64,000 bases of DNA from the IMG/VR virus record IMGVR_UViG_3300044695_003767; one strand, given 5' to 3'. This DNA is from a virus. The position numbers and the translations under genes were made by a program. The notes beneath the pieces were generated by a model. That model did not search any database. It was not told the DNA's origin and was given only the letters and a program-made list of their open reading frames with translations. Positions 34,172-44,900 of the stretch are shown piece by piece (position 1 is the stretch's first letter; each line of letters opens with the position of its first letter).

Positions 34172-34462
34172 ATGACATTCAACGTTACACTTCAAACCCC
34201 TGACGGCACCGAAACCATTATTCAGTGTGCCGAAGATCAATATATTCTTGAAGCAGCAGAAGATGCGGGAGTGGACCTTCCTTATTCTTGTAAGGCAGGT
34301 GCTTGTTCTTCTTGTGCTGGTAAAGTTGTCTCTGGTGAGATTGATAATGAAGAACAATCTTTCCTTGATGATGATCAGATGGCAGAAGGATTTGCACTTC
34401 TCTGTGTTGCTTATCCTAAGTCTGACTGTGTGATCCTGACCGAACAGGAAGAAAACCTGTGA
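34172..34462 (+). CDS. petF: Plant-type [2Fe-2S] ferredoxin
   Basis: YILEAAE...[16 protein letters not shown]...QSFLDDDQ...LLCVAYP. Confidence 0.97.
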   Translation: MTFNVTLQTPDGTETIIQCAEDQYILEAAEDAGVDLPYSCKAGACSSCAGKVVSGEIDNEEQSFLDDDQMAEGFALLCVAYPKSDCVILTEQEENL

Positions 34463-34737
34463 GAAGTGCTGACTGGTTGGGACAACTTTCTATTGCCCTT
34501 CAAGAACTTAAATGGACTGGAGAAGATGAAATTGTGGTTGAAATTGGTGGTGTAGCAGTAACTGGAACTGCAACTCACCCAGATGCAAATGTAAAGTGGG
34601 CAAAACCATTTGGAACCGTATCCTATCAGAACGATGCTTTTATCGTAATCAAAAATAAAACAAGAAGTCCTATGGTCTTCTCCCAACCCAATCCAGAACT
34701 TAAACAACAACACTCTTACAAAGGAGAAAAACAATGA
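34459..34737 (+). CDS. Hypothetical protein
   Basis: GTGA overlap with the petF stop; 92 aa. Confidence 0.65.
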   Translation: MRSADWLGQLSIALQELKWTGEDEIVVEIGGVAVTGTATHPDANVKWAKPFGTVSYQNDAFIVIKNKTRSPMVFSQPNPELKQQHSYKGEKQ

Positions 34738-34853
34738 ACAAAATTTTTACTGAAAAAGCAGAACGTATTAACGGTTGGGCTGCGATGATTGGATTCGTTG
34801 CTGCTGCTGGTTCGTACCTTGTAACTGGTCAAATTATTCCTGGCGTATTCTGA
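34734..34853 (+). CDS. hli: High-light inducible protein (not in ORF track)
   Basis: [39 protein letters not shown] (AERxNG, TGQIIPG). Confidence 0.9.
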   Translation: MNKIFTEKAERINGWAAMIGFVAAAGSYLVTGQIIPGVF

Positions 34854-34864
34854 TGGAGGTTAAA

Positions 34865-35392
34865 ATGCGTAGTGAAGGATATACTGTTCCTGAAGTTCAA
34901 TTTCAGTTTCGTGAGAATGGTGAGTTTGTAAACCGTACAACTTCAGAACTCTTCAATGGAAAGCGTGTGGTCATTTTTAGTCTGCCTGGTGCTTTCACTC
35001 CTACTTGCAGTGCCTATCAGCTTCCTGGATTCGAAGAGAGATACGATGACTTTATTAGTCTTGGCATCGACAATATTTACTGCATCTCTGTTAATGATGG
35101 GTTTGTGATGAATGCCTGGGCACAGGACCAGAACATTGATAAGGTCAAACTCATTCCAGACGGCAATGCTTATTTCACACGTTCTATGGGAATGCTTGTC
35201 AATAAGTCTAACCTTGGTTTCGGCGATCGCTCTTGGCGTTATGCTGCGGTCGTGGATAACGGAATCATCGAAAAACTATTCGTTGAAGAGGGGAGACGGG
35301 ACAATGCCGACACCGACCCTTATGAGCAAACTACTCCGGAAAATGTTCTAGAGTATGTGTCAGCAAATGTAAAAGTCGGCACTACAGTTTGA
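34865..35392 (+). CDS. Type II (Prx5-like) peroxiredoxin
   Basis: LPGAFTPTCS, SVNDGFVMNAW, PDGN, RSWRYA; GGAGG RBS. Confidence 0.92.
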   Translation: MRSEGYTVPEVQFQFRENGEFVNRTTSELFNGKRVVIFSLPGAFTPTCSAYQLPGFEERYDDFISLGIDNIYCISVNDGFVMNAWAQDQNIDKVKLIPDGNAYFTRSMGMLVNKSNLGFGDRSWRYAAVVDNGIIEKLFVEEGRRDNADTDPYEQTTPENVLEYVSANVKVGTTV

Positions 35393-35413
35393 CATAAGAC
35401 TTTATAATAATTG

Positions 35414-35445
35414 ACTCTGTTGCTAAATAAGCAGCAGAGTTTTTT
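35414..35445 (+). terminator. Terminator with a late promoter across its loop
   Basis: ACTCTGTTGCT-AAATA-AGCAGCAGAGT-TTTTT; CTAAATA spans the stem end and loop. Confidence 0.7.
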
Positions 35446-35451
35446 AGTATT

Positions 35452-35616
35452 ATGCCAAGAGGACATTTGACGAAGGATATTGTTAAGTGTGAGGTCCTTA
35501 AACTTAAGAAGGATTTGGATAATGAATGGATGAATAAATCTGGATATGATCCAAAGTGGTTGGCACATCATTACCTTAATAAGATCCTGGACAAAATCGA
35601 AGAATACAGGGCTTGA
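35452..35616 (+). CDS. Small hypothetical protein (not in ORF track)
   Basis: MPRGHLTKDIVKCEVLKLK...KWLAHHYLNKILDKIEEYRA, 54 aa. Confidence 0.7.
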   Translation: MPRGHLTKDIVKCEVLKLKKDLDNEWMNKSGYDPKWLAHHYLNKILDKIEEYRA

Positions 35617-35702
35617 CACGGATGGGAAACCGTAGTATGATAAATAGGTAAACAAATGTTACGAAATACTCATATTTCTTAACATTGTCAAACACCCCAC
35701 AA

Positions 35703-35800
35703 ACCGAGACCTCTAGGGTGTATAAATTACGTCTCTCATACCCAGTCTGAGGGTGACTGGGGAATAGTATCACCACCATTTCCCTGATGGTCTTACTACT
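35703..35800 (+). ncRNA. PhotoRC-II-like structured leader of psbA
   Basis: GAGAC/GTCTC stem, CCCAGTC/GACTGGG stem, ACCAT/ATGGT stem and TAGTA/TACTA, immediately 5' of psbA. Promoter TTGACA(35613)-N17-TATGAT upstream. Confidence 0.75.
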
Positions 35801-35811
35801 CTTTTAAACAA

Positions 35812-36894
35812 ATGACTGCTTCAATTGCTTCACGTCAACAACAATCGAATATTTGGGAACAGTTTTGCAACTGGGTTACTTCAACCGACAACCGCATCTA
35901 TGTGGGGTGGTTTGGTGTATTGATGGTGCCTTGCCTACTTGCTGCTACAACTTGTTTCATCATCGCATTCATCGGTGCTCCTCCTGTGGACATTGATGGT
36001 ATTCGTGAACCCGTTGCTGGTTCACTCATGTACGGAAACAACATCATCTCTGGTGCTGTGATTCCTTCGTCCAATGCTATTGGACTGCACTTTTATCCTA
36101 TCTGGGAAGCTGCTTCCCTAGATGAGTGGCTTTATAACGGTGGTCCCTTTCAACTAGTTGTGTTCCACTTCCTGATTGGTATCTACGCCTACATGGGTCG
36201 TGAGTGGGAACTCTCTTATCGTCTGGGTATGCGTCCTTGGATCTGTGTTGCTTACAGTGCTCCTGTCGCTGCTGCGAGTGCAGTGTTCCTGGTCTATCCT
36301 TTCGGTCAAGGTTCTTTCTCTGATGCGATGCCTCTGGGTATTTCTGGTACGTTCAACTACATGCTTGTGTTCCAGGCAGAGCACAACATCCTGATGCACC
36401 CCTTCCATATGCTTGGAGTTGCTGGTGTGTTCGGTGGTTCTCTGTTCAGTGCTATGCACGGTTCTCTGGTTACTTCCTCGCTGGTTCGTGAAACCACTGA
36501 GAACGAGTCACAGAACTATGGTTATAAGTTCGGTCAAGAAGAAGAAACCTACAACATTGTAGCTGCTCACGGTTATTTTGGTCGCCTTATCTTCCAATAT
36601 GCTTCCTTCAATAACTCACGTTCGCTGCACTTCTTCCTTGCTGCTTGGCCTGTAGTTGGCATCTGGTTCACTGCTCTTGGTGTAAGCACCATGGCATTTA
36701 ACCTTAACGGATTTAATTACAACCAAAGTATTCTTGACTCCCAAGGTCATGTAATTAACTCCTGGGCTGATGTTCTTAACCGTGCTAATCTTGGTTTTGA
36801 GGTGATGCATGAGAGAAACGCCCATAACTTTCCTCTGGACCTTGCTGCTGCAAGCAACATTCCTGTTGCTCTTACCGCACCTGCAATCGGTTGA
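35812..36894 (+). CDS. psbA: Photosystem II D1 protein, intronless, Glu130 (high-light-type) form
   Basis: Full-length D1: [37 protein letters not shown] plus C-terminal extension. Confidence 0.99.
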   Translation: MTASIASRQQQSNIWEQFCNWVTSTDNRIYVGWFGVLMVPCLLAATTCFIIAFIGAPPVDIDGIREPVAGSLMYGNNIISGAVIPSSNAIGLHFYPIWEAASLDEWLYNGGPFQLVVFHFLIGIYAYMGREWELSYRLGMRPWICVAYSAPVAAASAVFLVYPFGQGSFSDAMPLGISGTFNYMLVFQAEHNILMHPFHMLGVAGVFGGSLFSAMHGSLVTSSLVRETTENESQNYGYKFGQEEETYNIVAAHGYFGRLIFQYASFNNSRSLHFFLAAWPVVGIWFTALGVSTMAFNLNGFNYNQSILDSQGHVINSWADVLNRANLGFEVMHERNAHNFPLDLAAASNIPVALTAPAIG

Positions 36895-36918
36895 TGATAA
36901 GTTGGAGTTTTCTAACGG

Positions 36919-36942
36919 AGACCCCGAAAGGGGTCTTTTTTA
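36919..36942 (+). terminator. psbA terminator
   Basis: AGACCCC-GAAA-GGGGTCT-TTTTT. Confidence 0.9.
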
Positions 36943-36993
36943 TTGCTAAATACTTAAAGTTATGCTACAATAACTTTAACAACTAAACCAACT

Positions 36994-37437
36994 ATGAAAA
37001 CTTGTAAAATCTGCAGTCAACCAAAACCACTTACGGAGTTTTATCAAACTGTAAGGAATGGAAAACCGTATGGGTATCACGGAAAGTGTAAAGAGTGTTA
37101 TATTAAAAAACAGCAAGAGAACTATGACCCATTAAAACAAAGAGATGAAAATCTTAAACAAAGATATGGTAAGAATTTTGGACTATTAGAGTATAATGCT
37201 TTGTTGGAAAAACAAGGACATAAGTGTGCTATTTGTGCCTCTACCGATCCAAAAGGTAGAAAATCTGGAAGAGGTGGGGCAGTAGACGTTTTCTATGTTG
37301 ACCACAATCATAAAACTGGTGAGGTTCGTGGACTTCTTTGCAATGTTTGTAATAGAACAATTGGTTATGTTAATGAAGATATTGAATTGATTAGAAATAT
37401 GATTGATTATGTTAAACGGCATAGAGGTGAGCACTAA
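36994..37437 (+). mobile_element. Free-standing endonuclease VII-family homing endonuclease gene (F-CphI-like)
   Basis: CKIC...CKEC, QGHKCAIC, VDHNHKTGEVRGLLCNVCNRTIG; located between psbA and psbD. Confidence 0.8.
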
Positions 37438-37443
37438 TACTCA

Positions 37444-37477
37444 TTGACCTCTTTTGTAAAGTATTGTAAACTAAATA
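37444..37477 (+). promoter_or_regulatory. psbD promoter with an HLR1 (RpaB) site and a late promoter
   Basis: TTGACC-N17-TAAACT. 37453-37470 reads TTTACAAT-AC-TTTACAAA on the minus strand (HLR1 consensus). CTAAATA at 37471. Confidence 0.7.
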
Positions 37478-37498
37478 TGAGAAATGACAATGGAGACT

Positions 37499-38560
37499 AT
37501 GGTTTCTTCTACACTTTCACAACCAATTTCACAGAGAGGATGGTTTGATGTCTTGGATGACTGGCTTAAACGAGATCGCTTTGTCTTTGTGGGTTGGTCT
37601 GGACTACTTCTTTTTCCCACTGCTTATCTTGCGCTTGGTGGCTGGCTTACTGGCACAACGTTTGCTACAAGTTGGTACACCCACGGGATTGCGTCTTCTT
37701 ACCTTGAAGGCTGCAATTTTCTTACAGCAGCAGTGTCAACTCCTGCTGACGCTATGGGTCATTCTCTTCTTCTACTTTGGGGTCCTGAGTCTCAGGGAGA
37801 TTTCGTCCGCTGGGTCCAACTTGGGGGACTCTGGCCTTTTGTGGCACTCCACGGTGCCTTTGCTCTCATAGGTTTCATGCTTCGTCAGTTTGAAATTGCA
37901 CGTTTAGTAGGAATTAGACCGTACAATGCTATTGCGTTTTCTGGGCCTATCGCTGTTTTTGTCAGTGTGTTTCTCATGTATCCACTCGGACAGTCATCTT
38001 GGTTCTTTGCGCCGTCGTTTGGTGTTGCTGCGATTTTTAGGTTCCTCCTATTCTTACAAGGTTTCCATAACTGGACGCTCAACCCCTTTCATATGATGGG
38101 AGTTGCTGGTATACTGGGAGGAGCACTACTCTGTGCGATTCATGGAGCAACAGTAGAAAACACTCTATTTGAGGACAGTGAGCAAGCAAATACATTCAAA
38201 GCATTTGAACCTACGCAAGAGGAAGAGACTTACTCAATGGTTACTGCGAACAGATTCTGGTCACAGATTTTTGGTATCGCTTTTAGTAATAAGCGTTGGT
38301 TGCATTTCTTTATGCTTTTCGTTCCCGTTATGGGTCTTTGGACTTCTTCTATCGGCATCATCGGTCTTGCTCTTAACCTCCGTGCTTACGACTTTGTATC
38401 TCAGGAAATTAGAGCAGCAGAAGACCCCGAGTTTGAAACCTTTTACACCAAGAACATTCTTCTAAATGAAGGACTTCGTGCTTGGATGGCTCCTGTAGAC
38501 CAACCTCATGAGCAGTTTGTATTTCCAGAGGAAGTTTTACCTCGGGGCAACGCACTCTAA
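37499..38560 (+). CDS. psbD: Photosystem II D2 protein
   Basis: [23 protein letters not shown]...[10 protein letters not shown]. Confidence 0.99.
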   Translation: MVSSTLSQPISQRGWFDVLDDWLKRDRFVFVGWSGLLLFPTAYLALGGWLTGTTFATSWYTHGIASSYLEGCNFLTAAVSTPADAMGHSLLLLWGPESQGDFVRWVQLGGLWPFVALHGAFALIGFMLRQFEIARLVGIRPYNAIAFSGPIAVFVSVFLMYPLGQSSWFFAPSFGVAAIFRFLLFLQGFHNWTLNPFHMMGVAGILGGALLCAIHGATVENTLFEDSEQANTFKAFEPTQEEETYSMVTANRFWSQIFGIAFSNKRWLHFFMLFVPVMGLWTSSIGIIGLALNLRAYDFVSQEIRAAEDPEFETFYTKNILLNEGLRAWMAPVDQPHEQFVFPEEVLPRGNAL

Positions 38561-38569
38561 AATAAATAG

Positions 38570-38595
38570 AAGGAGTTCTCTGAACTCCTTTTTTT
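38570..38595 (+). terminator. psbD terminator
   Basis: AAGGAGTTC-TCT-GAACTCCTT-TTTTT. Confidence 0.8.
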
Positions 38596-38672
38596 ATGGC
38601 ATTTCTCTTCATCCTCTTACTTTTCCAACTCTTTGGAATTATTATGTTTATATTGTCAGTTATGCAAGATTT

Positions 38673-38795
38673 ATGATTACATCCACAACTCCATACAAAC
38701 TCGCAGAAATTATCAGAGATACTTGGCCAGGTCTTTACAGAAAACCAGAACCATCTTATAATGAAAAAAAGGAAACAGAAGATGAAAAAGTATAA
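38673..38795 (+). CDS. Small hypothetical protein
   Basis: MITSTTPYKLAEIIRDTWPGLYRKP... Confidence 0.55.
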   Translation: MITSTTPYKLAEIIRDTWPGLYRKPEPSYNEKKETEDEKV

Positions 38796-39087
38796 CGAAG
38801 AATATTTTTCAGTTATTGAGACCAAGACTGGAAGAAAGATCGCTGATTGTGGTGATGAAATGGATGCACTGGCAATGGTTGCTTTTGATCCACAGAATAG
38901 AACAATTACACGAAATAAGTTTTTAATGGGTCCTGTTGTGGATGTTGAAATTCCAAAGGCACTTCCCACTAATGCAATTGATGTTTCCTCTTATAAAGAA
39001 CATCAAGAAAATTGGATGGTAGAAAAACTCAATGAACTACCACAAATCAAACTGCCACAAGGTCAAGGAGAACCTGTGGTGGTATGA
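38782..39087 (+). CDS. Hypothetical protein
   Basis: 101 aa, overlaps both neighbours. Confidence 0.65.
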   Translation: MKKYNEEYFSVIETKTGRKIADCGDEMDALAMVAFDPQNRTITRNKFLMGPVVDVEIPKALPTNAIDVSSYKEHQENWMVEKLNELPQIKLPQGQGEPVVV

Positions 39088-39290
39088 ATCACCGTAAGAG
39101 AAAACAGGTAGAGAATCAAAAAAAGAAAAGGATGTACACACCTGATGGATACGTTGGAGATCCCCCAGATGCTAAATGTCCACACTGCGGGGAATCTGGA
39201 AAGTCTTGTTCTTATGTAAATAGTTTAAGTCGTGCTTGGGCAAGGAGTGCTTGTGAGAAGAACATAATAAATAATCACAAGTCGCAGTAA
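39084..39290 (+). CDS. Small basic Cys-containing hypothetical protein
   Basis: CPHC...C...C; ATGA overlap. Confidence 0.55.
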   Translation: MNHRKRKQVENQKKKRMYTPDGYVGDPPDAKCPHCGESGKSCSYVNSLSRAWARSACEKNIINNHKSQ

Positions 39291-39293
39291 CTT

Positions 39294-39665
39294 ATGGGAC
39301 CTCTACACTCTCCAAAAGAATACTTGTTTAATTTACATACAACAAGTTCTGGGGAGGCGAAACGAATGTGGAGGCAAAACATAAAAGAAGAATGGGGACA
39401 TAGATGTGCCTATTGTGGATCAGAAGAAAACCTAACGATAGATCATATTATTCCACAATCAAAAGGTGGATTAGATGTTACAAAAAATGTAGTTTGTTGT
39501 TGCCACGATTGTAACCAGTCAAAGGGACACGATCACTGGAAGTTGTGGTATGTTCAGCAAGACTTTTATAGTGAAGAGCAATTTAATAAAATAGAAGAAT
39601 GGATGAAACCTGATCCACCAACGAACTTATTTTCTTATCGACCAAGACGCAACAATGCCTCTTGA
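39294..39665 (+). CDS. HNH endonuclease
   Basis: CAYCG...LTIDHIIPQSKGG...NVVCCCHDCNQSKG; late promoter ATAAATA ~39268. Confidence 0.9.
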   Translation: MGPLHSPKEYLFNLHTTSSGEAKRMWRQNIKEEWGHRCAYCGSEENLTIDHIIPQSKGGLDVTKNVVCCCHDCNQSKGHDHWKLWYVQQDFYSEEQFNKIEEWMKPDPPTNLFSYRPRRNNAS

Positions 39666-39727
39666 GGTTTTATAAATAAATCAAAGGCAGTAAATACTGT
39701 TTTTGTGGTATATACCGAATGCGATAA

Positions 39728-41581
39728 ATGTCAACTCCGATCAGGATTAAACGCTCTGCTGTTCCTGGTAAAAGACCTACAGCAGATCAATTATTAAGTG
39801 CAGAACTAGCTTACAACACTTATGATGGTGAACTGGTTGCTAAGAGAGAGCGTCCTGGAATTGGCACAGACATTATTCGCATCGGTGCTGGTGCAACAGT
39901 TACAAATGTTATCTATGTCACAAAAGACGGAAGCGACACAAACACAGGACTCAAACTCGGAGACGCAAAAGGAACCATCGCAGGAGCAGTTGCAATCTCA
40001 ACAGCAGGTTCCGTTATTAGAGTTAGTGCTGGATCTTATGTAGAAAATAATCCAATTGCACTACCAAATCAAGTCAGTATTGTTGGTGATAGTTTAAGAG
40101 AGGTCTCCGTCACTCCACAGAATCAAGGAGACCTCTTTTATGTTGGGAATGGGAACTATATTGCTGAAATGGCATTTGTAGGATCTGCAAACACAGGTGC
40201 TATTTTTGCATTCAATCCTAACAAACCAGTTTATAACAATCAGTCACCTTATATTCAAAACTGCACTAACTTTATTCCAAACAGCATTGGAATGAAGATT
40301 GACGGTAAGCATTCGATTGGACCAACCAAGTCAATGGTTCTTGACTCTTATACTCAATACAATCAAGGTGGTATAGGAGTTTCAATTACCAACGAAGGAT
40401 ATGCTCAGTTGGTTTCACTCTTCACAATTTGCCCAGATACTGCAGTCTTTTGTGGAAGTGGTGCTGCTTGTGATCTTACAAACTCTAATGCTTCTTTTGG
40501 CAACTATGGTCTTGTAGCAGATGGTGTAGGACCAAGAAAGTATACGGGTATTGTAACAGTTGCGGCAGATGCAAATAGTGATAGATTTGTTTTAGATTTA
40601 AATACGACAACTTATAATGTATCAAATGCTGTTTATGATAACGTAAGTGGTGTTACGACAATCACTACTTCTGGTAATCATAACTTTTCTGTTGGAATGG
40701 GAGTCACGATTGCTGGACTTGGTTTTACTTGCCCATCTGGACCAGGAATTGTTACATACCCAAGTGGTAATTATGGTTATGTTTTTGAAATTCAATCGGT
40801 TCCTGCCGCAAATCAATTAGTAGTTAATGTTGGTACTTCAACTCTACCTCATACATATGTTTCTGGTGGAGCAGTAGCAATTAATGTTGTAAGACCTTTC
40901 GATGGGCAGGTTGTTTATTTTGATAACTTATATTATACGGTGAATAAAATTAGAGTGAGTGATGGTGGATCTGGATATGATTCGAGTCCAGTTGTTACAA
41001 TTTCTGCACCTTCAAGTTCTTGGGGAGTTCAGGCAACAGCAGTCGCAGAAGTGACGAATGGAAATGTGACTGCAATTGAGATTGTTTCAAGTGGAAGAGG
41101 TTATACAACGGCACCAACAATTACAATTGCTGGTCCCAATGTTGGGATAAATACAGCAACAGCAACTTTAGAATTACTACCTACTTATTATTCTATTCTA
41201 AGTTCAACTCCAGTTTCTGCTGGTATTTGTACAATTACCGTAAGTGATAATGTTCCTTATGCAGTTGGTGTTGGTTCGACTGTTCCATTCTTTAAGCAAA
41301 GCAGAGTATTAGCATCTGGACATTCTTTTGAATATATTGGTTCTGGTACAAATATTAATGGTGCTCTTCCAGCACAAGGTGGTGTTCCAATTCAAGATAA
41401 TGAGGTTGATATGAGAAATGGTGGTCTAGTTGTTTATACCAGTACCGATCAATCTGGAAATTTCAGAATTGGTGAGGGTGTTGCAATTAACCAATTGACA
41501 GGAACTATTTCTGGTCGTTTTTATTCGAAGAGTTTGTTCTCTACAATGACACCATTTATTCTAGCATTAGGAGGAGAATAA
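39728..41581 (+). CDS. Virion structural / tail-fibre-associated protein
   Basis: Late promoter TATAAATA 39671. IRIKRSAVPGKRP...ELAYNTYDG fibre N-terminus, beta-helix-like region, GGSGY/GRGY repeats, ASGHSFEYIGSG. Confidence 0.8.
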   Translation: MSTPIRIKRSAVPGKRPTADQLLSAELAYNTYDGELVAKRERPGIGTDIIRIGAGATVTNVIYVTKDGSDTNTGLKLGDAKGTIAGAVAISTAGSVIRVSAGSYVENNPIALPNQVSIVGDSLREVSVTPQNQGDLFYVGNGNYIAEMAFVGSANTGAIFAFNPNKPVYNNQSPYIQNCTNFIPNSIGMKIDGKHSIGPTKSMVLDSYTQYNQGGIGVSITNEGYAQLVSLFTICPDTAVFCGSGAACDLTNSNASFGNYGLVADGVGPRKYTGIVTVAADANSDRFVLDLNTTTYNVSNAVYDNVSGVTTITTSGNHNFSVGMGVTIAGLGFTCPSGPGIVTYPSGNYGYVFEIQSVPAANQLVVNVGTSTLPHTYVSGGAVAINVVRPFDGQVVYFDNLYYTVNKIRVSDGGSGYDSSPVVTISAPSSSWGVQATAVAEVTNGNVTAIEIVSSGRGYTTAPTITIAGPNVGINTATATLELLPTYYSILSSTPVSAGICTITVSDNVPYAVGVGSTVPFFKQSRVLASGHSFEYIGSGTNINGALPAQGGVPIQDNEVDMRNGGLVVYTSTDQSGNFRIGEGVAINQLTGTISGRFYSKSLFSTMTPFILALGGE

Positions 41582-41585
41582 AAGA

Positions 41586-41927
41586 ATGGCATTACCATTA
41601 AATGTATTTAAAACAGTTACAAAAGTTGCAACAACAAATCCAGTAGGAATTTATACGGCACCGGTTGGATATACAGGGGTTGTTCTTTTAGCACAGGCAG
41701 CAAATGTTGGTGGTGGAACTCAAACAGTTTCTTTTTCACATCAAAGAACAACTGCTGGAATTGCAGTTACTACAGAAATATTAAAGAGTTTTCCAATTTC
41801 TTCAAGTGATACTGCAAATCTTCTTGTAGGAAAACTTGTTCTTGAATCTGGTGATGTTCTTGTTTTGTCCGCAAGTAATGGAACTGATGTTAAATTTCTT
41901 GGCAGCATCTTAGAAACACTTAACTAA
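41586..41927 (+). CDS. Small virion structural / fibre connector protein
   Basis: Beta-rich; KLVLESGDVL; lies within the late fibre operon. Confidence 0.7.
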   Translation: MALPLNVFKTVTKVATTNPVGIYTAPVGYTGVVLLAQAANVGGGTQTVSFSHQRTTAGIAVTTEILKSFPISSSDTANLLVGKLVLESGDVLVLSASNGTDVKFLGSILETLN

Positions 41928-41942
41928 TAAAGTATCAATCAA

Positions 41943-44900
41943 ATGGCAAAGTACACCAGTGGTAGACAGAAGAATCTAAAAGTTGGTATCGTATCATATA
42001 GTGAAAATCTTACTTCACTTGAGGTAGTTGGTAAGGTTGGTATTGGTACAACTAATGCTGGTGGGGGAAGTTTATATGTTGTTGGTGATAGTTATATAAC
42101 TGGAATTTTAACTGCAAATAGAATTTTTAGTAATGTTTATGGTGAGGCAATTGGTGGTAATACTATTGTAGGTACTTCATTAAGTATTTCTGGTATAAGC
42201 ACTCTTGGAGTCACTAGTGCTACTAACCTAACAGCACAACAACTTAATGTTTCTGGTATTAGTACTTTAGGTGTTACTAGTGCTACTAACCTAACAGCAC
42301 AACAACTTAATGTTTCTGGTATTACAACGACCAACAACCTGAATGTAACTGGTGTTGGAACCTTCTTATCTGGAAATTTAAATATAAGAAACCCAGCAAA
42401 TACTTTTGGTTATACGATTGCTGGTGGTGCAATTACTGCTGATAGAATTCTTACATTACCAGTCGTCACATCAAATACTGGTATTGCAGTAACTGGTTTA
42501 AACCAAACATTCACTGGAACTCAAACATTTTCGGGTCTTACTGTAACTGGTACATTTAACCATACTGGAGGAACTGGAACTCTTGCTAATAATGGGGCCG
42601 CAGCAGCAACAGCAAATATTGCTACTGGAGCACTTGCATCTGGAATATCAAAAACAATCAACTTTGGTACTGGTGGTGCTTCTGGTTCCTTTACTCAAAT
42701 CAATATTGGACCAATTTCTGGTGTTGGTACTGTTTTAGTTAATACTGGAACCAATTTGGGTATTGGTTCTGCAACACCAACATCAAAACTTGATGTAGTT
42801 GGTGATGCAAGAGTTTCTGGTATCGTTACAGCAACTACTTTTGTTGGTGCTCTAACTGGAATAGCAGCATCTGCAACTCAACTTGTAACACCAAGAACTT
42901 TTGAAATCACTGGTGACGTTGTTGCTTCCGCCATTAGTTTTGATGGAACTGGTAGTGTATCATTAGCAGCTACCATTCAACCTAATAGTGTTGGTTTAGG
43001 AACTGATACTACTGGAGATTATGTTCAGACAGTTTCCGGAACCTCTAATCAAATCACCGTAACTGGTGGAACAGGTGAAAGTTCAACACCAACATTAAGT
43101 CTTCCCACAAACTTAATTGCTCCTGAAGATTTAACGGTTACAAGAGATCTTCAAGTTAATCGTAATTTAAATGTAAATGGAAATATTACGATTGGTGGAT
43201 CAACAGCGTTTGTCAATGTTCAAGAATTAGTTGTTACTGACCCTGATATTATTCTTGGATATAGAACTGATGCATTTGGTAATGATGTTTCTAACGATAA
43301 TACTGCGAATCATGGTGGTGTTGCTCTTGCTTCAACAGAAGGAAATCCATTAGTTAATCTTGTTGTTGCTGGTATTGAAACAGCACCTGCCACATATAAG
43401 AAAATTATGTGGTTTAAGGAAGGCACCTTTGCCGGACTTGGTACTGATGCTTGGTTAATTAACTATGCGGTTGGCATTGGATCAACACAGTTCCCTAATG
43501 GAACAAGACTTGCTGCTGGTAATGTTCAATTTACTCAAAATGATTTAGCAGTTGTAAGAAACATTAATGCGAGTGGTGTTGGTACTATTGCAAGACTGAA
43601 TAGTACCAATGCCACTTTAACAAATATTAATTCAACTGGTGTCTCAACACTTGGAATTACTACATTCACAGGTGCCGTAAGTTTTGGAACTTCTGCTTAC
43701 TTTGGTGATGGTAATAGATTATATTTTGGAAACACTCCATCTTTGGATATTTATCATTCATCTGGTGAATCTTACATTAGGGATATTGGTGCTGGTAATT
43801 TAAGATTAGAAACTAATGGTGCTGCAGTTGTTATTGCGACCACTTCAGGTGAATCTATGGGTTCGTTCATAAGGAATGGATCAGTAGAACTCTATTACGA
43901 CAATGTAAAAGAATTTGAAACCACTGGATATGGTGCAACGGTCTTTGGTATTCTTCAATCACAAGGACTTCAAGTTTCTGGTGTTTCAACATTAGGTATT
44001 ACAACTACTACTAATCTAACAACCCAAAACATTAATAACTCTGGTGTTACAACTACCAACTCTTTGAACATTGGTGCTACACAAGTCATTAGTTCTTCAA
44101 GAGAACTTCAAAATATTATTTCACTTGATGCCACAACAACATCGACAATTGAAGCAGCAATTGCTAATGGACCTAATACTTTTACTGATTTAAGTGTTAC
44201 TGGTGTTTCAACACTTGGAGTTACCAGTGCTACTAATTTAACAGCACAAACTTTAAATGTTTCTGGTGTTTCTACACTTGGAATAACTACATTTACTGAT
44301 TCTGTAAATTTTGGTTCTAATGCATTTTTTGGTGATAATGATAATTTAAATTTTGGTGATGGTAATGATTTACAAATTTACCACAATGGGGATAATAGTT
44401 ATATTGATGATGTTGGAACAGGTAATTTATACATAAGATCTAATCAAACTGAAATACAAAAATATACTGGAGAAACAATAGCCCAATTCATAGCAGATGG
44501 TGCAGTAGGACTTTATTATGATAATGTAAAAGAATTTGAAACTACTGGGTATGGTGCTACTGTTTATGGAGTTTTACAATCTCAGGGACTTCAAGTTTCT
44601 GGTATCTCAACACTTGGAGTTACATCAACCACTAACTTAATAACACAACAACTGAATGTATCTGGTGTTGGAACCTTCCAATCTTCTGGATTAAAGATAG
44701 TTGGACAATCAACTTCTTTCCAATATTCCATTGTTGGTTCTGCGATTGCTGCAAACAGAAACCTTACATTACCTTTAATTACTAGTGATGATACTGTTGC
44801 GGTTCTTGGTACATCTCAATCATTTACTGCAGCACAAACATTCTCTGCAGGAATAACTGCCACTTCTACTCTTACATTAAGTGGTTCAACTACAGGAACT

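Noticed and set aside
35812-38560. Group I intron in psbA or psbD
   Set aside because: Both reading frames are continuous and of normal length.
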